Shown piece by piece: positions 15,544 to 22,943 of a stretch of DNA of 27,990 nucleotides. Under the pieces are notes generated by a model, which saw only the letters and a program-made list of their open reading frames with translations, did not search any database and was not told the origin of the DNA. Position numbers and translations under genes: made by a program. The stretch's first letter is position 1. Every line of letters begins with the position of its first letter. This DNA is from an uncultured Coriobacteriaceae bacterium (GTDB lineage Bacteria > Actinomycetota > Coriobacteriia > Coriobacteriales > Eggerthellaceae), in NCBI GenBank assembly GCA_902781245.1, contig CACZIP010000001.1, positions 1 through 27,990 of the forward strand, read 5' to 3'.

Positions 15544-17622
15544 ATGCTGTTCATTTCCAGGCGCTACCTTTGTATCTATCGCTCGAACGAGAAACTCGAC
15601 GTCGTGGAAAAACGCAATTTGCGAGAACTCCTTGAAGCAAGGCCTTCAAATACCATCTATTTCGAAACCGCCGATAACAAGCTCTACGGCATGATTTCCT
15701 ATGGGGACATCCGCAAGGCAAGGGATGGGATAGTGCGCATAAACAATTCTTTCGTTTCCCTCGAGCGCGATGCATATATGGAAGCTCGGGAACGTTTCCG
15801 TAGGTCAAACAGCATCTGTGAAATACCCGTTGTTAAAAATGGCCAGCTTGTTGGCGAGTTTCACAAGTTTGACGATGAGCTCATGATCGACCGCGCCGTG
15901 GACCTTGATAACAACGCATACGCACCTGCCTATTTTGCGAGGCTTCGCAACGTCGCTATTGTAAAGCCTCCTGCGTCACGCGATTACAAAATGCGTTATT
16001 TCGAGAAGCTGAAACGCATCTTTGATCACTATGCAGTCGCATACACGGTCCTGGAAGTTTCAGATATCGCGCAGAATCTCACGCGCTTCGACAGGTTCTT
16101 CGTCGTAGACGAGCAAGAGCGGCGAGGGGTGCATATTATCATCTCCCTCTTCGAAGACAAGCAGCATTTCTTTTACAAGATAGTCACGTTCCTCAGAATG
16201 CTCAACAGAATCGAATCGGATGAGGCAATCGACTACAAGAAACTATTCTCCGAGCTCGAAAAGCGAGGCGTCGAGACGGTCCTCATGACCACGAAGCGCA
16301 ATGATTCCAATTACGTCGTAAAAACGGAAAAGGAAATGAAGGAGCGGTTTCCCACAGTTGCCAACAATCTCAACGAGCTCATGGTGCAATATGAGCAGCA
16401 ATTCTTTGACGACCTCTACGAGAAGACGTACGCTCGCGAAATCGAAGCTTGTCATTTCTCCATCCAAAGAGTTCGAGATGGTATACGCCTGAAAGATATC
16501 AAGAGCGAACTCGTGAACGTCGAGCATGGGGAACGAGCAACGGTCGACCAGCCCGACGACTACGAGCGATGCATCTACTTCTTTGGACAATGCCTGATTA
16601 TCGGAGCGTACGTTGACGATGCGCACACAATCGAAAGCTATTTGCAAGCCATGGTCAATGAAGCAGGTTATAAAGCGCGCATTGTGAATTGCGGATGCTG
16701 GGGAAATGCCATCCAGAGCGTTGTCCGAATGCTTGCCACCCCATTAAGGGAAGGCGACATCGTGGTGATGCTGTCAGAAGATCCCGATGTAGACACCACG
16801 AATCTGAAAACCGTCGATCTATGGCAAACACTCGAAAAAAACGGGGCCCCTTCCCAATGGATGCTCGACATTCCCTTCCATGCCAACCATCATGTTTCGG
16901 AGCTATGTGCAAAAGCGCTCTTTGACGTCATTTTCGATTCCAGATACAAAGACAAGCCGAGAAGCACTGAAGTAATCACGCAGGGCTTCGACATCGTGGA
17001 CCAGTTCTTCACACAGAATTATTTCCACGGTCAAGACCTGAGACGTTTCAATCGGGTAGCGTGCTGCGTCTTCAATGGCAACCCTTTCACCAACGGGCAC
17101 AAGTATCTTATCGAGACCGCCTCGAAAGCTGTAGACCACGTATATCTGCTCTCGTTGAGGGAGAATTGCAGCATGTTTTCCTTCAACGAACGCTACGCGA
17201 TGGCTGTTGACGCAACGAGTAACTTGCCTAACGTCACCGTCGTGCCAGACAGCCTTTCAGTCGCTGACGCCACCAACTTCCCCGCATATTTCATCAAGGT
17301 TTACGAAGGTGATGCCGAAGAGCAAATCGAACGACACGTCGAAATGTACGCCGCCATAGCAAAACCGCTTCATACCACACATCGCTATGTTGGGGAAGAA
17401 GCCCATGACCTCGTAGCCAATGGCATCAATGAGGCGTGTAAGAGAATTCTCCCCCGTTACGGAATCAAAACGGTGGTGGTCAAACGCAAGGAGGACGACA
17501 GCGGAGTCATCACAGGATCATGCGTCCGAGAACTTGCCGCTAACAACAATCCCAGACTTGACAGTCTTGTCCCAAAGGCAACCGCCAACATCATCCGCTG
17601 CAAGGAGATCAACGCTTTTTAG
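15544..17622 (+). CDS. 692-aa fusion: CBS-like N-terminus + SGNH-like domain (Cys at nucleophile position) + C-terminal [citrate (pro-3S)-lyase] ligase (CitC)-like adenylating domain
   Basis: CBS-like KLYGMISYGDI and EIPVVKNGQLVGE. SGNH-like YFFGQCLIIG, NCGCWG, DIPFHANH. CitC-like VFNGNPFTNGHKYLIE, SMFSFNERY, NLPNVTVV, FPAYFIK, RYVGEE, ITGSCVRE. Confidence 0.75.
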   Translation: MLFISRRYLCIYRSNEKLDVVEKRNLRELLEARPSNTIYFETADNKLYGMISYGDIRKARDGIVRINNSFVSLERDAYMEARERFRRSNSICEIPVVKNGQLVGEFHKFDDELMIDRAVDLDNNAYAPAYFARLRNVAIVKPPASRDYKMRYFEKLKRIFDHYAVAYTVLEVSDIAQNLTRFDRFFVVDEQERRGVHIIISLFEDKQHFFYKIVTFLRMLNRIESDEAIDYKKLFSELEKRGVETVLMTTKRNDSNYVVKTEKEMKERFPTVANNLNELMVQYEQQFFDDLYEKTYAREIEACHFSIQRVRDGIRLKDIKSELVNVEHGERATVDQPDDYERCIYFFGQCLIIGAYVDDAHTIESYLQAMVNEAGYKARIVNCGCWGNAIQSVVRMLATPLREGDIVVMLSEDPDVDTTNLKTVDLWQTLEKNGAPSQWMLDIPFHANHHVSELCAKALFDVIFDSRYKDKPRSTEVITQGFDIVDQFFTQNYFHGQDLRRFNRVACCVFNGNPFTNGHKYLIETASKAVDHVYLLSLRENCSMFSFNERYAMAVDATSNLPNVTVVPDSLSVADATNFPAYFIKVYEGDAEEQIERHVEMYAAIAKPLHTTHRYVGEEAHDLVANGINEACKRILPRYGIKTVVVKRKEDDSGVITGSCVRELAANNNPRLDSLVPKATANIIRCKEINAF

Positions 17623-17715
17623 TTTCCGAAGGGCATCGATGGGCAACCGTCGCTTTCACAAGATGGCATAAGCGCCCCGAATGAGCCGTTCGCAAGAATC
17701 ATCGTCTCGGCTGCA

Positions 17716-17994
17716 TCATAACTCGTAAATGTAGTCGACGACGCATCTTCCCTCGTCAATAGCCCATTCGCCTTCCTCCTGCGGCTTGTTCCTGAATGTC
17801 TCCTTCGCTGCTTCGAGCATCTCGCGATCTGAGAGCTTGCCCTCAAGACGATTGCTCATAAGCGACCTGAAACGCGGTAACGTATCAAATGAATATCGAT
17901 ACACTGGCGAACAGGTCACATCAACGTCTTCGAGGTAGCTCTTCGTGTTGGGGTCTATTTCGGGGAAGCAGTATTGCGCCTCAATCCAGTTCAT
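17716..17994 (-). CDS. Hypothetical protein, about 92 aa
   Basis: ATG 17994 overlaps the last codons of the carbamoyltransferase, consistent with coupling. It fills the gap to the convergent gene. No recognisable motif. Confidence 0.45.
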   Translation of the reverse strand: MNWIEAQYCFPEIDPNTKSYLEDVDVTCSPVYRYSFDTLPRFRSLMSNRLEGKLSDREMLEAAKETFRNKPQEEGEWAIDEGRCVVDYIYEL

Positions 17995-19807
17995 AGGAAA
18001 TTGCAACTCTTTTCTCAAGGGGCTGCTCGTCTTTGAACAAGACGAATCTTTGTAATATCAATACGTCCATCTCGGTGCTCATAAAGCAACGGTACGCATC
18101 TTCCGGCGAGCATACTATCGGCTCCCCTCGCACGTTAAACGAAGTATTCACAACAACACCGCAACCCGTACGCTTCTCGAAGGCTTTGATTATCCCGTAG
18201 AAGAATGGGTTGGTTTCCTTTTCGACTTTCTGCACCCTCGCACTATAGTCAACATGAGTCACTGCGGGTATATCTGAGCGCCTTGAATTGACAATGGGTA
18301 TAAGGTCGGGATCGTCGCTCAGCCGATCTTTGAACATATCACCCTCCCCCTCGCGGTTCTTCACGTATGAGCAGAAGAGCATATAGGGTGAATGCAATCC
18401 ATCTTCGAAATAATCGGAACACCGCTCCTCGAGAACGGCGGGCGCAAACGGCCTAAACGACTCTCGGTACTTAATGCTCAGGTTCAAACGTGCTTGCATG
18501 GTTTCCGACCGTGGGTCGGTGATAATGCTTCGATGTCCCAAGGCGCGGGGACCGAATTCCATGCGTCCGGAAAATAACCCAACGATCTTCTGGTCTGCGA
18601 GCAAATCGGCAACCGTTTCCTCCAGCTCATGGGGCTGCATGAGCTGATAGGGGATGCCCTCTTCTTTGAGAAACGCTTCAATATCATCATCTGAATACTC
18701 CGGGCCCAAGAAGCTTCCCCGCTGAGCATCGGGACGCTTCACAACACGCGGTTGTCCTCGTTCAACGTGATAATAAGCGAGCGCCGCCCCGAGCGCGCCG
18801 CCCGAATCACCCGCTGCAGGCTGCACCCAAATATCGTCGAATAAGCCTCTTCTGGCCAGCTTCCCGTTCGCGACACAATTGAGAGCAACTCCCCCGGCCA
18901 TGACGAGTCTCGACTCCCTAGCAAGGTTCCTTGCTGTGCGCGCAAGCTTCAAAACAGCCTCCTCGACGACAGCTTGTGCCGACGCGGCTATGTCCATTTC
19001 ACGTTTAGTTATCTGGGATTCCGGCTCTCGCTTCGGCCCACCGAACAATGACGCGAACCGTTCGTTTGTCATGGCTCGTCCATGCTGGAAGTCGAAATAT
19101 TCGAGATTAAGACGAAAAGACCCGTCATTTTTGATGTCAATTAGTTTTTCCCTTATTAAATCGACGTATGTCGGATTGCCATAGGGAGCCAAGCCCATAA
19201 GTTTGTAGTCGCCATAATTCACGCGGAACCCACAAAAACTGGTAAAGGCACCGTAGAAAAGACCGAGCGAATGGGGATAATCGATTTTTTTCAGAAGCCG
19301 GATATCGTTGCCTGAGCCAACGCCGATCGCAGTCGTGTTCCATTCGCCGACACCATCGATAGTTAGAATTGCGGCGCTTTCGAAAGGTGAGGGATAGAAC
19401 GCCGACGCTGCATGCGAGTAATGGTGCTGAACCGCGAAAAGACAGTCTTCTTTCCCCAGCTTCCCTAAATGCGAACGAAGAAGCTCCTCTATCCAGAGCT
19501 TCTTCCCAAATAGGGCACGGGAGCTCAAGTTAACAAGTTCGCTGGCATCGTCGTCAACTGCAGTTATGTTCGAAACATACCTATGCAACGAGAGAAGCGG
19601 ATCGTCATAGAAGACAACTGCATCAAGCTGACCGCCTGTCAGATTGCCCCCCGCACGTAAGCAGTAATCGATAGCGTTAACTGGTAGTGACTTATCAAGC
19701 TTCACACGCGTGAAACGCTCCTCTTGGGCAGCAGCGACAATGCTCCCGTCGCATACAAGCGCAGCGGCAGAGTCGTGATAAAGCGCCGAGACACCGAGAA
19801 CATACAT
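17981..19807 (-). CDS. O-carbamoyltransferase, NodU/CmcH/TobZ family, 608 aa
   Basis: LGVSALYHDSAAAL, AAQEERFTR, HHYSHAASAF, TIDGVGE, YKLMGLAPYG, AGGVALNCVANG, QPAAGDSGGALGAA, GRMEFGPRALGHRSI, RESFRPFAP, NTSFNVRGEPIV, C-terminal ELD. Confidence 0.95.
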   Translation of the reverse strand: MYVLGVSALYHDSAAALVCDGSIVAAAQEERFTRVKLDKSLPVNAIDYCLRAGGNLTGGQLDAVVFYDDPLLSLHRYVSNITAVDDDASELVNLSSRALFGKKLWIEELLRSHLGKLGKEDCLFAVQHHYSHAASAFYPSPFESAAILTIDGVGEWNTTAIGVGSGNDIRLLKKIDYPHSLGLFYGAFTSFCGFRVNYGDYKLMGLAPYGNPTYVDLIREKLIDIKNDGSFRLNLEYFDFQHGRAMTNERFASLFGGPKREPESQITKREMDIAASAQAVVEEAVLKLARTARNLARESRLVMAGGVALNCVANGKLARRGLFDDIWVQPAAGDSGGALGAALAYYHVERGQPRVVKRPDAQRGSFLGPEYSDDDIEAFLKEEGIPYQLMQPHELEETVADLLADQKIVGLFSGRMEFGPRALGHRSIITDPRSETMQARLNLSIKYRESFRPFAPAVLEERCSDYFEDGLHSPYMLFCSYVKNREGEGDMFKDRLSDDPDLIPIVNSRRSDIPAVTHVDYSARVQKVEKETNPFFYGIIKAFEKRTGCGVVVNTSFNVRGEPIVCSPEDAYRCFMSTEMDVLILQRFVLFKDEQPLEKRVAISYELD

Positions 19808-19808
19808 G

Positions 19809-21470
19809 CTACAGCCGCTCCTTCAATAGCTGGTATACATGCTCGGCGATGATGCGATTTGCAGCATCGGAATAGTGACATCGATCGATGTATGCGCCAT
19901 CTTGATGATGGAACATGTCAAGAAAATTGAAATAGAAATCATCGTCGCGAGCACCGAAAAGAAAAGCTCTGCCCCATTTATGGTTCTCTGACGTGAAATA
20001 CATGTTTTCGAATAACGAGTTTATCCGCATGCATGCATTCATGGGCTGCAATATCGCTATAAACTCTGCTCCTTCTTCTTCGACAACAAGCTTCATGTAC
20101 TTTTCCACGCGACGCCAGAATTCGAAGGGGTTATCACCGTGAACCTGTTCGAATTTGTTCTCCTGTGCACGCTGATCGTTTACACCACTCAAACTTATAA
20201 CGAAATCGGGCTTGAGCGCATGGATATCGCGCAGCAGACGGGACATTTCCTGTGTCACGCCATTGCCCTCGTTTGCGCCGTTGAAAACAACAGCTTTGAC
20301 CCCATCTGCCTCGAACATTTTGTACAGTTTTTCGACCCAGCTTTCCGGATAGTACAATTCGGTTGATGTGCTGCCACCAACAACAACAATGCGCACAGTC
20401 GCTTCGGCCTCATCTCCATGCACCATCCATCCCGGCTTACCGCCGAGGCACGAATAATCGATGCTAGCTAACATCCGAACGTCATACTCATAATCCACAA
20501 CGTGATTCAGCAAATACTCATTGTTTACAGACAGCTGTAAAGAGCCACAATCGGCTTTCTCCATTGAATAACCGAGGTCGTATGCGGCTCCGAGCATTTC
20601 GAGTCGCTGACGGTTTGAGAAAGACCCGATGATCACTGCGCTTCGATCGGAATCTTCGTCAGCCAAATCCCAAATATCCCCCGCGCTTTCGCCTTTGCGG
20701 GTCATGAAAACCTCGCGATCCACGTTTATCCCATAGGCCGACAACAAGCGGCTTAAAAGTGCTCGTGAAGCATCATCCCCACAACAGAGCAAGAGACGAC
20801 GGTGTTCTTTTGCAGACTTGTCTAAAACATATACAAGATTATCTCCCCAGAGTGAAAAGTGCGGCACAACCTCCCGAATGTATATCGTCCCGCGAAATCC
20901 GATTGCGAGCAAAACTGCTACTTCATCCCCTATCTGGCAATGGGAATCCGCAGCCACGATCACGGCATCGTCCGCATTCAGAGGAGCCTCCTTTATCGTA
21001 TACACAGGAACCCCGAGGATAGATACGGTTTTCGTCACTGTTTTTTCCGTAATGAACCCGCTCACAGCACCCACGCCTACCTTGGAAACCTTCTTTGCAA
21101 TATCCCATGTCAATTCCCCGGTTCCATAAAGATACGGTGATTTGCACTCGAGGTTCGGATTGAGTTCTAAGGCTTCGGAATAGTACAGAGCGTATCCGCG
21201 AGAGGCCACAACGTTGAAAGCACCTTCCCGGACATCGTCATCCACGATTGCAATAGCGTCCTCCAATTCCGAAAACTCATCGACGGACACGATAGGCAAT
21301 CCCATTATGGTATCGCCAACAAACTCACTGAAATTGGTGACAAACCCCTCGACCCTGACACCGCGAAGCGCAAGCGCCGAGAACACCCATATAGCTTTTC
21401 TCCCCATGTCCCATACGTATATTGACTTGTCCTTCAAATCGCGCCGAAGCGTATACAGGTGTTCTACCAT
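19809..21470 (-). CDS. Protein with tandem N-terminal Rossmann-like modules and C-terminal SGNH/GDSL hydrolase-fold domain, 553 aa
   Basis: ATG 21470 with GGAG 8 nt upstream. SIYVWDMGRKA and YLYGTGELT modules. SGNH blocks VVGGSTS, FNGANEG, SLSGVND, IDRCHY. No signal peptide. Confidence 0.7.
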   Translation of the reverse strand: MVEHLYTLRRDLKDKSIYVWDMGRKAIWVFSALALRGVRVEGFVTNFSEFVGDTIMGLPIVSVDEFSELEDAIAIVDDDVREGAFNVVASRGYALYYSEALELNPNLECKSPYLYGTGELTWDIAKKVSKVGVGAVSGFITEKTVTKTVSILGVPVYTIKEAPLNADDAVIVAADSHCQIGDEVAVLLAIGFRGTIYIREVVPHFSLWGDNLVYVLDKSAKEHRRLLLCCGDDASRALLSRLLSAYGINVDREVFMTRKGESAGDIWDLADEDSDRSAVIIGSFSNRQRLEMLGAAYDLGYSMEKADCGSLQLSVNNEYLLNHVVDYEYDVRMLASIDYSCLGGKPGWMVHGDEAEATVRIVVVGGSTSTELYYPESWVEKLYKMFEADGVKAVVFNGANEGNGVTQEMSRLLRDIHALKPDFVISLSGVNDQRAQENKFEQVHGDNPFEFWRRVEKYMKLVVEEEGAEFIAILQPMNACMRINSLFENMYFTSENHKWGRAFLFGARDDDFYFNFLDMFHHQDGAYIDRCHYSDAANRIIAEHVYQLLKERL

Positions 21471-21587
21471 TAGCGCCACTCCTGTTAAACAGCTCCTGTG
21501 AAGAGCAACTCCAAGAATCGATTGGGCTGATCTGCGTTAGTTCGCATTTCGCTCATTTCGCCACATCAATCATCATAGCATCGCCTT

Positions 21588-22943
21588 TTATAGAGCGTTC
21601 ACAGCGTCAACGATGATCTGGAGACGTCCGCGGTCAACCCGCCCATTTGCAATGCTGTCGAAGAGAAGCTGAATGAGCTCGAGGCTCAACATGACAAGAA
21701 CAGCTTTCGCGTATTGCCGTTCCGCGAATTCATGCCCCCTATATTGAACAAGATGTGAGTACAGGTTGTCATAAAGGCTGTTCCTCGCTTTTCGATAGGA
21801 AACCCGACCAACCCTAACGTTTCTTACCTGCAAGCTGAATAGGAAATAGCACACGTCGCACAATGGATCGCCCATCGCAACAGTATCCAAGTCTACAAGG
21901 TAATACGTCCCTTGGTAATACACGAAATTCGTATACGAGCAGTCTCCATGGCATGGCCTGAGCGTGGTTGACAATAAGGCGAGCCTCGACGCCACTCTCT
22001 CTTCGCATGCATCGATTGCCAGCTTTGCCTCATATTCAAACTTCAAGCAGCGCTCAAAAACCTGCGAGAAATAGCGGTATCGCTCCTCCAAGTAATCAAA
22101 GACGACGGGTGCAACGAGGCTCATTTCGTGAAAACGCCGAATACAATTCAGTGCGTTTGCTACCACTTCCCGGTCATTGAAGCGAATGTTGAAAAATGGT
22201 GTTGCATAGCGGTCAATTCGGGCTCCATCATCACGCGCGCAAACGAGAAGCTCCGTCCCAACGCGATGCTGTATTAACCAGGCTGTACGATTTGCTGTAT
22301 TCCACTGCTCCGGTGCGGCAAAGACACGAGTAGCGTGCTCCTTGTCATACGGCATGCGAAACATATACTTTATCGTGTCGACAACATAGCCGAAAGAAAC
22401 GCTGTTTTCCCCGCCCCTCATCGTAAAGAAGCTGTCCGCAGCCTTTTCGCCATGCGCCTCTTTGTACAAAGCACGAAACGATTCGTATACCATCGTAGAA
22501 TCGCAGGCCCAGCCACCGAGCCTTAGAGATCGTTTAATTAGGGGATCATGCGTGACCATTTCCTCCCAATTGTTGTAGTAATACGTTATGTGTCTACGAT
22601 TTACGCAAACTGGAAGATTGGATATATCGAAGAGCAATCGAAGCTCAGCAAGGATTTCCTCTGAAAAACGCTGACTCGAAACGACAAGATAGTACTCGTT
22701 GAAATCAAGGGAAGCCAAATAATCGAAAGGTTGAATACGATAGCTGCGTCCGCAAAGCTCAATGATTTTACCCACTTTATTCGGACTGTTGTCAATAACA
22801 TGGGCGACATTGGGCAATTCCATCTCATTCATGAGATTGAGACAGCCTCTACCAGCGCCACATATGATGGCATGTCGCTGGGTAACGTCTTGCTCGTCGT
22901 CTTCGCACGAAATGCAAATCTGCATACATGGCTCCAGAATCAT
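21588..22943 (-). CDS. Choline/ethanolamine kinase-like (APH superfamily) phosphotransferase with N-terminal Rossmann-like module, 451 aa
   Basis: AIICGAGRGC...IDNSPNKVG; kinase features MRGGENS, KYMFRMP, IRRFH, PCHGDCSYTN, LVDLD, MGDPLCDV. ATGA coupling to the upstream gene. Confidence 0.75.
   Translation of the reverse strand: MILEPCMQICISCEDDEQDVTQRHAIICGAGRGCLNLMNEMELPNVAHVIDNSPNKVGKIIELCGRSYRIQPFDYLASLDFNEYYLVVSSQRFSEEILAELRLLFDISNLPVCVNRRHITYYYNNWEEMVTHDPLIKRSLRLGGWACDSTMVYESFRALYKEAHGEKAADSFFTMRGGENSVSFGYVVDTIKYMFRMPYDKEHATRVFAAPEQWNTANRTAWLIQHRVGTELLVCARDDGARIDRYATPFFNIRFNDREVVANALNCIRRFHEMSLVAPVVFDYLEERYRYFSQVFERCLKFEYEAKLAIDACEERVASRLALLSTTLRPCHGDCSYTNFVYYQGTYYLVDLDTVAMGDPLCDVCYFLFSLQVRNVRVGRVSYRKARNSLYDNLYSHLVQYRGHEFAERQYAKAVLVMLSLELIQLLFDSIANGRVDRGRLQIIVDAVNAL

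Noticed and set aside
17041-17622. Citrate fermentation operon
   Set aside because: No citD/E/F/G/X genes or citrate transporter are present, and the CitC N-terminal acetyltransferase-like domain is not recognisable.
17619-17846. ORF containing MILANGSFG, faintly like the GT11 IIANSTFSWW motif
   Set aside because: The tryptophans and all other GT11 motifs are missing, and it overlaps a better ORF; probably coincidence.
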